A DNA stretch of 64,000 nt from a virus. Where the stretch lies: positions 7,601-71,600 of the IMG/VR virus record IMGVR_UViG_3300030012_001696. One strand, 5' to 3'. A program made the position numbers and the translations under genes. The notes beneath the pieces are model-generated. The model ran no database searches. It was not told the DNA's origin and saw only the letters and a program-made list of their open reading frames with translations. Numbering within the stretch: the first letter of the stretch is position 1; each line of letters opens with the position of its first letter. Shown piece by piece: positions 28,801-37,875 of the stretch.

Positions 28801-31533
28801 AGCAGCTCTAGCTAATTGTAATGCATAATTTATTTTTTCTTGAAGACTTCTAGGTACATTATCTCCTTTAATAGTAATTTTTTCTGGTAATCCTAAATCT
28901 TGTCCATTTTTGTTTACACGCAACAATGCGCTTAGTATAGGACTATTAGCAATAACATTACCTATTTCTTTACGTGCTTTACTAGATTCTCTATATGTGC
29001 TATTAAAATCTAATAATGCATTAATTTCTGGACTTTGTACTCTATAACCATGTTGGTCTTCTACCTTTAATATTTCATTTAATTTTCTTTGTCCGCTTAC
29101 TGCGTTTGAAATAAACTCTTCAAATGAACGAGGCATATTAGCTTCAGTAATTCTTATAGGAGCTTCATTAGCTTTTTGATGCATAGTAACTTCAGTAATT
29201 TTATCAACTAAATGATTGTATTCATTAATTTTATTAAGTATAACGTCTCCGTTAGGCATTGATGCTATTCTATTTGCTGATGTTCGTATGTCTATTTTTC
29301 TAAAAGTTTTAACTCCTGTTTCTGAATTTGTTTCTATAACTGGACCTGCGGTTTTTGCAATATCACCTTCAATACTATTTATCATATCTTCAGCAGTTTT
29401 TATAAAAGATGTTACAATATCATCTATAGTTTGATTATTTTTTTGATTGAACATTTCGTTCATTTTATCAAAACCTTTAGTATCAGCTTCAATACCTTTC
29501 TTTTTCATAAGCTCTACAAATGTTCTTTTTTGATTTGGAGTTAATTCACCCCATTCTTTAATAGATTTATTTTCACCAATGTATTGGTCTTTACTTAAAA
29601 ATACCATAGCATCATCATACAACTGTTTATTTTTTGCATCATTTTCTATAGGTTTGCTATCTACGTCTATATTTTGATTTTTATTTTTTATAAATATTCT
29701 ATTTTTTTGTTTACCTTCTCCTCTTTCTGTATTAATAACTTCATTAATAGCATCAAACACTTCAGGATTAGAATCTGTAGGTACAAAATCATGTTTTAAT
29801 TCGTTTTGTTTATGAACCATTTCACGAACTTTACCCCAATAACCCATACGAGGTCCACTCATATCACTACCAAGTGCTTGTACCCAGTTATCTACTTGTT
29901 GAAATTCTTTACTAAAACGATTTTGAGGTTTACGATTAAACGTTAATGCTCCTTCGTATGTTTTAAAAGCACCAGTATTAAAATCTTTGTATACTAAACC
30001 TTTACCATGTTTACTTAAAAAACCTCCAATTAACATAGACCTCATTTTATCTTGTACTGTTAAATTTTCATCCATTAACATTGAAGGTCCACCACCCATT
30101 ACTAAACCACCAAGGAACATACGAGGAGTACTACCAACTAAATCTTTTCTAACTTGTCTAGCAAATTCACCAGCCCATTCACCAGTTGTCATTTTAGAAT
30201 GAACTTTACTAATACTACGTTGCATAATTTGTGCAGCTATTTTCTTTTGTTCTGGAGTACCGCTTTGTAAATATTCTAATAATTTACTTGCACTTACACT
30301 AACAACTTTATCATCTTCTGTTCTAGTTAATTGTTTTAATAGACCTTGTAAATCTTTTGTTATATAATTTTCCATATAAAGTGGAGCAGCTTTACCTTGT
30401 TTACCTCCTACTCTACTACTACTTAATGCTAAATAAGAAAATATTTGACCAATAGAATTTTGACCAGAAGCTGAAGCAACATTATAATTATTTGCATAAG
30501 TTCCTCTAAATAACGCACCTATTCTTTCAAATGGATTTTTACCACGCATAAATGCACTTAATCCTGAAGCTCCTCCTTCTATACCTCCTGGTATAAATCT
30601 AACTGCTCCTAATGCGCCCCCTACAGCTAAAGCATGTAGTGTTGTATTCATAGGGTCATATTCAACTCCTTCTTGTCCAGCATCTAAAGCCGCAATTACA
30701 TTATCAACACCAGCAAATAAAATACCTTCTTCAGCCATATGCGTTAAAGCTAATCTTCCTGGTTTGTCATCTAATCCAAATACTTTTGCAAAATATCCTT
30801 GCAAGTTAGATACAGGTCTACCTCCAACGTCATCAATAGATTTTCTAACTAAATTACCTATTTGTTTAGCTGCGTCATCTGTAATAGAAATACCACTAGC
30901 TTCTGCAAATTCTTTAAATAATTTACCTGATTGGTCTTTTATGCTATCTAAAAACTCATTACGTAATTTTGCATTATGTAAAACATCATCAAAACCTTCA
31001 ATTTGTGTTTTAATTTTAGGAGTAATAATATCATCAATAAATCCTTTAGGAGTTAAATCATCAGCTAAATTAGCTGTAGTAGGCATAGTTCCTTTACCTA
31101 TTTTTATAGAACCATCATCAATTAATTTTGTAACTAGTCCATCAGCTTCTTTTTGAATTTCTTTAACTATTTTTTGACCACTTGCTTTACCAGCTGCAGC
31201 TCTACCTATTGCACTAATACCTATTTTACCAGCACCAAATGGTGCTAAAAATCCAAGAGCTGAACCAATGTCTCCACCCCATTTTTGTACTTCAGTTTCT
31301 CTTTTAGCTTCATAAAAAGGGTCTACTCCAAGTCTAGGTAATCCTCTTTCTGGTATTCCTAATAGCGCCATATTAACACCACCTTTTACAGCTTCTGTTG
31401 TAAAATCAAATATGTTAGAACCTAATCGTTCAAACATAGTTTTATCTGTATCAAATTGTGTGTTGTTATTAACTTGGGAATATTGGTCCCCAAAACGTTC
31501 ACGCATCTTTTTTTCAATGCTACTTTGTGGCAT
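22828..31533 (-). CDS. Giant virion protein carrying a putative two-barrel RNA polymerase (crAss/phi14:2 gp66-like)
   Basis: 2901 aa; GERQPH (RxP) about 35 residues before GDFDIDT (codons at 25261-25275); located in the ejection-protein cluster. Confidence 0.75.
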   Translation of the reverse strand: MPQSSIEKKMRERFGDQYSQVNNNTQFDTDKTMFERLGSNIFDFTTEAVKGGVNMALLGIPERGLPRLGVDPFYEAKRETEVQKWGGDIGSALGFLAPFGAGKIGISAIGRAAAGKASGQKIVKEIQKEADGLVTKLIDDGSIKIGKGTMPTTANLADDLTPKGFIDDIITPKIKTQIEGFDDVLHNAKLRNEFLDSIKDQSGKLFKEFAEASGISITDDAAKQIGNLVRKSIDDVGGRPVSNLQGYFAKVFGLDDKPGRLALTHMAEEGILFAGVDNVIAALDAGQEGVEYDPMNTTLHALAVGGALGAVRFIPGGIEGGASGLSAFMRGKNPFERIGALFRGTYANNYNVASASGQNSIGQIFSYLALSSSRVGGKQGKAAPLYMENYITKDLQGLLKQLTRTEDDKVVSVSASKLLEYLQSGTPEQKKIAAQIMQRSISKVHSKMTTGEWAGEFARQVRKDLVGSTPRMFLGGLVMGGGPSMLMDENLTVQDKMRSMLIGGFLSKHGKGLVYKDFNTGAFKTYEGALTFNRKPQNRFSKEFQQVDNWVQALGSDMSGPRMGYWGKVREMVHKQNELKHDFVPTDSNPEVFDAINEVINTERGEGKQKNRIFIKNKNQNIDVDSKPIENDAKNKQLYDDAMVFLSKDQYIGENKSIKEWGELTPNQKRTFVELMKKKGIEADTKGFDKMNEMFNQKNNQTIDDIVTSFIKTAEDMINSIEGDIAKTAGPVIETNSETGVKTFRKIDIRTSANRIASMPNGDVILNKINEYNHLVDKITEVTMHQKANEAPIRITEANMPRSFEEFISNAVSGQRKLNEILKVEDQHGYRVQSPEINALLDFNSTYRESSKARKEIGNVIANSPILSALLRVNKNGQDLGLPEKITIKGDNVPRSLQEKINYALQLARAAESGSSVLSSNYKPVADKRITQAEAKDILNEFSKPGNDIRLFDNVTKWAGEGRLVINDVQRKILFDRISSAKVIDPKTGEPVDITDVHINQYIKLVEKGFIIPGTTTMRGFIASGMDTIKKIEAFKEANNISKDATLSVEQAKELLKNAESNGLNEVQVEVLKELIESKQRKDIDIEQVFKELEEVMRPLIKTDKGGFVTISPTEKAVITEADAVQLLQTMNDIKLGKEQNFVTEIMDTISRDLMQFDISVQRGAFTEKQILDKQEELKTKKYLYAAIKEASRRGDALDLVSLATELKIYDFYKKDFKEYNNNTWLELRTRLKKMLETTKFQEIDTEINSLYRQLLKEEGLTINDYNISDIQQILVNNVFKKFSAKENGVDLSNSQYVNKLFLDEVTQGGYNGNITNFTKDFMKDLTDNNPNLSKRDLESIELTTMTFLLNSKSNYNTKRIVMNANNTQNATFSNEIIKKSIVIERLSEIADNADMPIHILDSQGVGFGGFYKGINDVSFLNTAQRLLYTGEYVASHNMYRYMNMNPTEVPTNQKYLTYQYGDNKYLYLIPKDTSVGNRIATKYAEYLDSVIKDKLVSAEKQDLLDKVNVKPVTQADGTTRYEWKTLKQDSLSNNYKTATKELDIMLNDMIVGELFGKKEWWSNQRNGEGKTSAGLVKRLKLFDNISAKRFTKEDINDVVNFLDEPGIRLQDKVVRNELKDFADGKWRQLIIADEVLAGGYEGKLVDEIHSVVKQQIEAYDRAIEAIREVNPNSPDIVKLQELKAKEQAELRNDAVSDASDVNGVTFMPENKMKALALLLGKTDLGDVSGVKPIILRQGSNYFINKTAIMKNAEIQKIFDANPGVASITFTSASKKIGENYAIKTIESKDLWSEPPVTDAKGNEITPAKAKELDISQTNALNPEHMQLISVKEHKNKAAIGLNHTVNLSPDAVGEFYNYIIRDRVARVRNNAEIFTDPMREAEAIAQYKLWQRQKVYEEGTTELNNETLGLDALLAEANVNPGLLPTRLDAVFKTFEIDPLFKTKVEGGSSVLAPDINAFGKAELQNTIILDGKIWQAGEISVPESVRNTGVESLDLITLVKQNKGEADTIVTANTVVKDRFGKIKNLGELFDKLEANHPEYKILIIGERQPHVKHSSIMPVALKNFNADNVAKLNAVDLKRAAEGDFDIDTINYFHNMKHDVMKEYWNNRGVISDSRNVETTNSEMSFANLKYTDYDTRMDYIHNKLRQSDIAKGIVMQSQRLLQWLINNYANSPTQYRIARNSTMKEDGTIAELGKIDTVNGFIMKIPDNRFLVIKQDLDMKAVYQKIADYNQHVLDAYNGYNHGLFQSRKAIYEDLFLGKDGIFEVYGVDKIAYKTTTEGKQSTEIDLKTSILSKREGQEGVAALTGKEKDVIYEHLFTPYSDLLRLSNFQYDRGRQKSVSLQDMITGLETYNSSMRTLQFNMAKDLGVKQTDIDLFGFGDNAIIRANRNGTDFSGSVMTYDRLLSEIMHIRNITQKINDRDLYSRPSEEYNKTLDEFMISENLTKALENQIDYSRNKHEYANALYTRIRKMKRLKDTLQSPTSRNRLNKNILYLENLLKEIKKQIPVSESILKQIENDLVVDKLRDYIRKNGKEASEEQLKKIKAEAKEDMKNKKYTIEPYADRDLIHSLAMLEGFGRYSQLKQFDLGIGKQEYSELNKNAQDVRRDFQQAWYSLRNNEKVQFKDMKEPVEFSDAAEIYEYFTNRMLGEMSVLGDLSLNNVYLAKVMTPRIEPYKLITFKGKVFPKPETKRQEKFVTLGLRVNNRMFKDSPEMQKLFIKELGKHYSNANQLLRTGEQARNNNADFIPGDTGYVDIFSPAMGHQKSKLVQIFNPEYAGVSRLSTYELLVKHFKYGTVQELLPKLRDTSPDSVVGGLYDVTGLGDFRRMSINGIKDFENSLDLQNRLYVRRDGVNHIVDYRRPFEPIGNVGGSGSSSRRKYDVTDEASNMIKKNKRYCP

Positions 31534-32945
31534 TAGTATTCCCTATTTTGATTATAAATGTATCCGTATTTACCTTGAGCTTTTGGTTTTTGAGCTTCAT
31601 AAGCATTTCCAGCTATGTAAGCTGCTTTTTGTCTTTTTTGTTGTTGTTCTATTGCTTGATTAATTGCATCTATTTCTAACATAGATATAGATTCTAATTT
31701 TTTTAATTCTTCTGTTCTAAAATCATACATTTCATCAGACATAAATGGTAATCCTAAATCCATATTTGTTGTTCTTTGTGTTGTAATAGTATAATGTTGA
31801 GACTTTTCATTGTTTAAATTTTTATTAATAGATACACGCCTTTTAATTAATGCATCTATGTTAGATTGGTATTTATTGCTCATATATTGATAATCACCGT
31901 ATCTACGATTAGAATAATCTGTAGAAGGGTCGTTGCTATCTAACATTTGCATCCATCCAAATGCATCTGTATTTCCTTCTTCAGAAATATAATCTTTTAC
32001 TACCCAACTTAATTCATTGTCAAAACTATTATAATAGTCATCTTTAACGTTTCCAGATAATAAATTAGTTTCAAATTTATCTAACGCTTCTAGATTAGCA
32101 TCATTAATTTGTTTTTGTATATCTTCATCAACACCTTCTGGTATAGAATAATCTTTTTTAGAAGGTTTTTCTGAAAGAGTTATTGGACTATCTTCGTACA
32201 TTCCTGCAGTTACAGGTTGATTTTCTTGAGCAAATTTATCTCCAAACTGAAAATCTCCAAACTCTGTTTGAAATGTTTCTTCTGCCATTCTATCATATAT
32301 TTCTTGATTTGTACTTAATTTTTTAAATTCTGGAAATTGTTGATTTAATTGTTCTGCATCTAAACCAAATGCTAATCCTATATCTTCTACAATTTGTCTA
32401 CTAGTTAATAAATTTTGTCCACCAGCTATATGCAAAGATAAATATTTTCTTGCTAATTCAGTAGACCAACGTTCACCATCTTTAACATCTTTTAAAAAAA
32501 CTTTTGAACCATCATTATTAGTTATAAAATAATTATCCATTAAATATTCAGATAAATCACTAGTTCCTTTTTTACTACTATATCCTGATAAAGTAGGAGT
32601 CTCTCCATCCATTTTAGTGTAACCTCCTGTGTCCATAAGAGGTTGTATATAGTTTGTATAAAATTCTAAACCTGCGGTTTCCATATTTGTAACTGCTAAA
32701 TTACTAAGACTAGTTTTAGTAGTATTAAATAATTCTCTATCTTTTGCTTCTTTATCTAAATCAAATTCGTCTTCTTGTAATCTTAATTTACTTTTTGCTA
32801 TATCTAATTCTTCAGCAAATTCAGCTTTGCTTTGTTCTAATTTAAGCATTTCTAATGCATTTCTTTCAGAAGAAGCTTGTCTTCTTAATTTAGCATCTAA
32901 CATACTATTTAATGTTTTGAATATATTTGCGTATTGTACTGCCAT
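31533..32945 (-). CDS. Putative internal virion/ejection protein
   Basis: Position in the cluster; coiled-coil N-terminus. Confidence 0.55.
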   Translation of the reverse strand: MAVQYANIFKTLNSMLDAKLRRQASSERNALEMLKLEQSKAEFAEELDIAKSKLRLQEDEFDLDKEAKDRELFNTTKTSLSNLAVTNMETAGLEFYTNYIQPLMDTGGYTKMDGETPTLSGYSSKKGTSDLSEYLMDNYFITNNDGSKVFLKDVKDGERWSTELARKYLSLHIAGGQNLLTSRQIVEDIGLAFGLDAEQLNQQFPEFKKLSTNQEIYDRMAEETFQTEFGDFQFGDKFAQENQPVTAGMYEDSPITLSEKPSKKDYSIPEGVDEDIQKQINDANLEALDKFETNLLSGNVKDDYYNSFDNELSWVVKDYISEEGNTDAFGWMQMLDSNDPSTDYSNRRYGDYQYMSNKYQSNIDALIKRRVSINKNLNNEKSQHYTITTQRTTNMDLGLPFMSDEMYDFRTEELKKLESISMLEIDAINQAIEQQQKRQKAAYIAGNAYEAQKPKAQGKYGYIYNQNREY

Positions 32946-32953
32946 TTTATTTC

Positions 32954-33460
32954 CTAAAATAATGTTTCAAAAAAAGAATCACGTTTACGAGCTTCTTGAT
33001 TTTGTTTTTTTAATAATTTAATTTGATTATCTATTCTCGCTGTTTCTTGAACTTCTTGTGCTTGTGCCATAGCAATAGCGTTATCTCTTGTATCTACAAG
33101 ATTTTTCATTTGCATTTGCAATTTATCTTGCATTCTACCTTCCATTCTATCATATGTAGACATTATTTGTCCGTAATTAGAAAATTTATTTGTATCTAAA
33201 GCACTATCTATTGATTGATTCATTTGTTCCCATTGTATGCCATAACCCATACCCATAGTATCCATAGCTGTATTCATTCTATCTTGAGCCATTTCTTCTT
33301 GTGCTTGTGTTAATTCTGGCAACAAACGTAATTGTTCTTGTAATCCGCCTAAAGCAATATTATTAAATCTTATTTGCGCTCTATTTTGTCTAGCTTCTGC
33401 TCCTGCTCCTGAAAGCAAACTAAAAGCTTGTAATCCAACTTGTGCTGTTACTGGGTCCAT
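32954..33460 (-). CDS. Putative small ejection protein
   Basis: MDPVTAQVG... A/Q/M-rich helical protein typical of podophage ejection proteins. Confidence 0.6.
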   Translation of the reverse strand: MDPVTAQVGLQAFSLLSGAGAEARQNRAQIRFNNIALGGLQEQLRLLPELTQAQEEMAQDRMNTAMDTMGMGYGIQWEQMNQSIDSALDTNKFSNYGQIMSTYDRMEGRMQDKLQMQMKNLVDTRDNAIAMAQAQEVQETARIDNQIKLLKKQNQEARKRDSFFETLF

Positions 33461-33461
33461 A

Positions 33462-34778
33462 TTATTCGTTCTCCGTAAAAGGTTTAAACATTGCTGGAGG
33501 TCTAAATGTTGTTGTAAAATCTGGATTTATTAATTTTGCATCTAATAAAGATTGATAAATATTAGGGTCTTCAAACACATTCATATAATTTGTTTGTTCG
33601 TTTTGTTTGCGTTTATTAAATATGCTATTGTCTCCAACTAAATCACCAAAATCAAATCCTTCTTTTTTTCCAAAGTTAGGAGTATAAGCTGGAGGTAATT
33701 TATCAGAATATTGTTGTATATTTTTATCTAAATATTCTTTTACTTTGTTAAATGCACTATATTCACCCATAGTGTTTCCTTGACTATCTTCAGCAAAATC
33801 ATAAGATGCTGAACCTATAGCTTCTTGTGGTAATAGCCATTGTAAATTATTTTGTAATGAACCTAAATCAAAACTATAAGGTAAAGGTTTGTTGTTACTA
33901 TCTACATTTTGATTAATATCGTAAGGTGTAGTTGATTCATATTTATCTAAATAAGGAGCTACTGTAGAAAAGTTTACATTTTGACTTATTGCATCTACTA
34001 AAAATGCTTGTTGTTTTTTTGCAGTTTTTCTAGCATCTTTACTTGCTTCTTTATCATTTAATATTTCAGTAGCTTTTAAAAATTGATTATAGTCTGCATC
34101 TGATAATGTTTCAGATAAAAATATTTTACCATCACGAGCATCTTGTATCATGTCTTTTATAGCTTTAGAATATGTAGACCATCTACCTATACCTCCAAAA
34201 TATTCATCTTTAGTTTCGTTATATATAATTTCTCCAATATTATAACTATGTTTAGGGTCTTGAGCTAATGCTGTATATAATCCAAATTTTTGTGCATTTT
34301 CTATAGATTTTCTTTGACCTTGTTTAAATGTCCATCCTGTACCACCGCTTATATCTACTGGATTATCTGTAGCAAAACTTTGTCTAACACGTCTACCTTC
34401 AGCTAACAAAGCACCTTCAGATATTTCTTTACCGCCTATAAAAAACTTTTGATTATTTATATCACTAAAATCAGTTCTACCTGCTAACCAGTCTAAAGCA
34501 GTATTACCTTCATAAATTAAAGGAGCGCCAAGTTGTGTTTCTAAACTAGATGCACCTAATTCTATTAATTTATTATTATCTTTAACTTCGTTTAAAGTAG
34601 AAAGTGATTCAAGAAAAGCAGAAGTAGCTTCATAAAATCTTTGTTCATCGTTTTCTCTCTCAATAATACCTTTTTGTACTTCTTTACTTTGCGACATAGT
34701 ACCAGAAACATCATATTTTAATGCGTTTAAAGATGCTTTTATATTGTAAACTCTAGCATTTGGTTTATTGATTGGCAT
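33462..34778 (-). CDS. Putative internal virion protein
   Basis: First gene of the ejection cluster. Confidence 0.55.
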   Translation of the reverse strand: MPINKPNARVYNIKASLNALKYDVSGTMSQSKEVQKGIIERENDEQRFYEATSAFLESLSTLNEVKDNNKLIELGASSLETQLGAPLIYEGNTALDWLAGRTDFSDINNQKFFIGGKEISEGALLAEGRRVRQSFATDNPVDISGGTGWTFKQGQRKSIENAQKFGLYTALAQDPKHSYNIGEIIYNETKDEYFGGIGRWSTYSKAIKDMIQDARDGKIFLSETLSDADYNQFLKATEILNDKEASKDARKTAKKQQAFLVDAISQNVNFSTVAPYLDKYESTTPYDINQNVDSNNKPLPYSFDLGSLQNNLQWLLPQEAIGSASYDFAEDSQGNTMGEYSAFNKVKEYLDKNIQQYSDKLPPAYTPNFGKKEGFDFGDLVGDNSIFNKRKQNEQTNYMNVFEDPNIYQSLLDAKLINPDFTTTFRPPAMFKPFTENE

Positions 34779-34801
34779 AATATTTCCCGATTTTTATATA
34801 T

Positions 34802-34830
34802 AATATATTACTTATAGTCATAACATTCAA
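34802..34830 (-). promoter_or_regulatory. sigma70-type promoter TTGAAT-17-TATATT for the ejection/vRNAP operon
   Basis: Minus-strand read ttgaat-gttatgactataagtaa-tatatt; same boxes as 13346. Confidence 0.55.
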
Positions 34831-34835
34831 CTGTT

Positions 34836-35135
34836 TTATCCAGATTTTGCCTTTACAAATTTTCTAACTACAGGACTATCATTTAATGGTCTACCATCAG
34901 ACAGATTAATCCACTCACCTCTTCTTTTAATATACTGTTCTACTTTATTTAAATTACCAGGATTTTCATAATAAACAATATCTCCTTCTACTCCTGATTC
35001 TTGCGTAGGTATTTCATCTACAAACCTTGGTCTTTGTTGGGAATAATGATTAGTTCTTCTTTTATTATCAGAAGTTCCCCCGCCTACTCCAGCAAAAATA
35101 GGAACGCTAAATTTTTTTTCTATTTCTTTTGCCAT
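34836..35135 (-). CDS. Small putative tail protein
   Basis: Coupled to the tail-tube gene. Confidence 0.55.
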   Translation of the reverse strand: MAKEIEKKFSVPIFAGVGGGTSDNKRRTNHYSQQRPRFVDEIPTQESGVEGDIVYYENPGNLNKVEQYIKRRGEWINLSDGRPLNDSPVVRKFVKAKSG

Positions 35136-36313
35136 TATTTTACACTCTTTTGTCTATATATTATTGACATATCATTTATTTCAAAATCAGCTGATACATC
35201 TTGACCGCTTACATCTTCAAACTTCATACTAAATGTTTTAATATTATTTGCATTAGATTGTGTATATAATTCTATTACTGTAAAGTTAGCACTACCTACT
35301 ATGTTTGTTATTTGAGCACCAGAACTATCTACAAAATTATTAGTGTATCCGCCTCCGTCTACTGAATATTTAGGCAATACATTTGTGTTACCACCACTAG
35401 CACCTTTATACGTTAATTCTACTTTAATTACTTTCTTTTTAGCTTGTGTTCCAAAGTTTAATTCTTTTAATTGAACATTAAAGTTATTTATAGCTTCTGA
35501 AGAACTTGATTGCCAAGGAACAATAGTAGTTTGGTTTGCAGTATTTTCGTATCCATATATTAAACTACCATTCCACATATTTACTAAGTTTGTTTTATCT
35601 TCAGCGTTTAATCTAGCTGTTCCTTTTACCCAAGAACTTGTTACCATATCATAAACTAAAATGTCCCCACTATTGCTTGTAGCATTTTTAAATGACTTCA
35701 TAATAATTAATTGTTTTGACTTAGGAGAAAAACCTACCATTGTTTCTCCGTTTACATAAAAACTACTCCATAAAGATTCTGATATAAAACGTACACCTTC
35801 TTTTACAAATAAATCACCTACTTGTCTACCATTGTATAAATATACTCCATGTTCATTACACCAAGCTACACCATAATCTGTTTCACATACTGCATTGTGA
35901 TGAGATACGCCTTTGTGTTTGTGTGTAGCTTCTAAAAACTCTTGGCTTTTTGTTGCATTGATAATATATAGAGTGTTTTGTTTGTATTGTAATAATCTAT
36001 CTGCATATGTAGCTAGTCTAATAATTTCTTCACCATCATTAACTGCAACATCAATTCTTCTATCCATTGTAAAAGTATCAAATTGTCCAGCTCTAGACTT
36101 AAATACACTATCGCTTAGAATGCGTTCTTTGTTATGTTTATCAACTAATTTTACATTTCCTAAGTATAACCTTTGTCCAATTAAAACAGACGTTTTCCAT
36201 TTGATTTGTTTTATTAAATGTTCTTGCCTTAATCTTTTATTAGCTAAAGGAGGAAAATTAAAAGGAACTCCTAATCTATACTTGCCTGGATTCATTACTG
36301 CATAATTAGCCAT
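35135..36313 (-). CDS. Tail tube/nozzle protein A, C-terminal half
   Basis: Aligns with the C-half of 45843-47972 (NDGE..RLLQYKQNTLYIIN vs NDGD..RLLAYKQNKLYIIN; EINDMSIIYR vs EINDITIEYR). Confidence 0.7.
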   Translation of the reverse strand: MANYAVMNPGKYRLGVPFNFPPLANKRLRQEHLIKQIKWKTSVLIGQRLYLGNVKLVDKHNKERILSDSVFKSRAGQFDTFTMDRRIDVAVNDGEEIIRLATYADRLLQYKQNTLYIINATKSQEFLEATHKHKGVSHHNAVCETDYGVAWCNEHGVYLYNGRQVGDLFVKEGVRFISESLWSSFYVNGETMVGFSPKSKQLIIMKSFKNATSNSGDILVYDMVTSSWVKGTARLNAEDKTNLVNMWNGSLIYGYENTANQTTIVPWQSSSSEAINNFNVQLKELNFGTQAKKKVIKVELTYKGASGGNTNVLPKYSVDGGGYTNNFVDSSGAQITNIVGSANFTVIELYTQSNANNIKTFSMKFEDVSGQDVSADFEINDMSIIYRQKSVK

Positions 36314-37872
36314 TAGTATTCCCTTTCTTGTTGGTCTTCATCATAGTCAGGTGGAGCTGATAAACCACTATCAGCTATAGTCATATATTGTATATCACTA
36401 TCTGCTATAACGTTAAAGTTTTCATCTAACACTTGTACTCTAAATTCTCTATCTGTTCCTGGTCCTGGTAGTGTTAAAGGAACATAATACGTATCTACTG
36501 TAGTTCCTGGTGTACCAGATATACCAGTCTTTAATGCAATTTTACTTCCAGATGCACCTCCTACATATAAAGGAGATACTGCTCCACCCCAAACTCTTAA
36601 GAATCCAAACCTATTATCAAAGCCATTAGCTGAATTATTATTATCTAATTTAACTCTTAAAAATACATTACTATAAGATTTTCCTGCAGTACTAGAAGTA
36701 TAAGCAGTTCCACTATTCATCCAATCAGTTCCAGTGCCATCATTTTTATCATGAAACGACAAAGCTGTATTTTGTTGTATAGCATTATAAATTTGTATTC
36801 CTTCTTTTTGTGCAAAAAACTTTGGCGTAACATTTTGTTCAGCGCTATCACCTTGCCATTTGCCATGAGTAGTTTCATTTTGAGGGTCATATACATTCCA
36901 AAAATGTTTACCACCTTCTTTTAAATCTGTGTGCATTAAAAATATCCAATCATCATCTGCTTGTTCTTTAAAATAAAAGTTTAATCCAATTAAACGATTA
37001 TCTCCAAATATGTTATCTCCAGATAAAGATGTTGGTTTAGAACCAGCAGTTCCTACACCTAAAAATACTTGAAAAGAAATTTGCTCGTTATACAAAGGTA
37101 TAGAATCTTCTATTCTATTTACAAAGTCGCTATAAAATATTGATATTTCTCCTTCTTGATTACCTTGATAAATTGCTGTAGCACCAAAGGTAAAGTTTCC
37201 ATTCCACTCTCCACCCTCAGTAGTTTTATATCCTAAAATTAAACTACCTTTTTGTGAACTAATAGTAGAAGCATCAGGACTAGCGCTTTCTATATCTATT
37301 AATTTCATAGTTGCTCCTGATAAAGCATCAAGCTTACGAAGTTTTTGATTGCCGCTATCCCATTTAGTTATATCGTGTAGATTTGTAGAATTACCTCTAT
37401 CATCAGTCCAAAACAATGACTGGTCTATATATCCAAACCATTTACTATTTTGACTAAAAGAAGCATCTCCAATACGTAATAAACCATCACCATAATAATA
37501 ATTAGGTTTTATAGCACCATCAAATGTTACTTCATCAGACAAAAAACTAGGACTAGAACCATCTTTGTCTCTATAATAAAAACGAACTTTAGTGTTCGCT
37601 TTGTCATATACAGCTAAATAGTCATCTGGGTTATTAGCACTACCATGGTCGTAATCAGAAGAAAAATAATGTAAGCCATATCCAGGCTCAACATCAGCGG
37701 TAGCACCACTTGTAATAGCACTACCTTTATTTCCTAATCCTACTAGTCTACCTATTTTATGAGTAGATACACCATCAGCTTCACGTAAGTCTATATCACG
37801 TATATCTTTTGAGTCTGAGTTATCATGAATACCACCATGAAACCCTAGTATTTTATACTCTTTTTTTGGCAT
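36313..37872 (-). CDS. Tail tube/nozzle protein A, N-terminal half
   Basis: MPKKEYKILGFHGGIH..S..KDI vs MPKQMLKLNDFSGGLN..S.PRDV of the 709-aa paralog; F.GG N-terminus typical of podophage nozzle proteins. Confidence 0.65.
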   Translation of the reverse strand: MPKKEYKILGFHGGIHDNSDSKDIRDIDLREADGVSTHKIGRLVGLGNKGSAITSGATADVEPGYGLHYFSSDYDHGSANNPDDYLAVYDKANTKVRFYYRDKDGSSPSFLSDEVTFDGAIKPNYYYGDGLLRIGDASFSQNSKWFGYIDQSLFWTDDRGNSTNLHDITKWDSGNQKLRKLDALSGATMKLIDIESASPDASTISSQKGSLILGYKTTEGGEWNGNFTFGATAIYQGNQEGEISIFYSDFVNRIEDSIPLYNEQISFQVFLGVGTAGSKPTSLSGDNIFGDNRLIGLNFYFKEQADDDWIFLMHTDLKEGGKHFWNVYDPQNETTHGKWQGDSAEQNVTPKFFAQKEGIQIYNAIQQNTALSFHDKNDGTGTDWMNSGTAYTSSTAGKSYSNVFLRVKLDNNNSANGFDNRFGFLRVWGGAVSPLYVGGASGSKIALKTGISGTPGTTVDTYYVPLTLPGPGTDREFRVQVLDENFNVIADSDIQYMTIADSGLSAPPDYDEDQQEREY

Positions 37873-37875
37873 TGA

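Noticed and set aside
22828-31533. Stop-codon reassignment as in some crAss-like phages
   Set aside because: Long genes are intact in code 11, and TAA, TAG and TGA all act as stops at coupled junctions.
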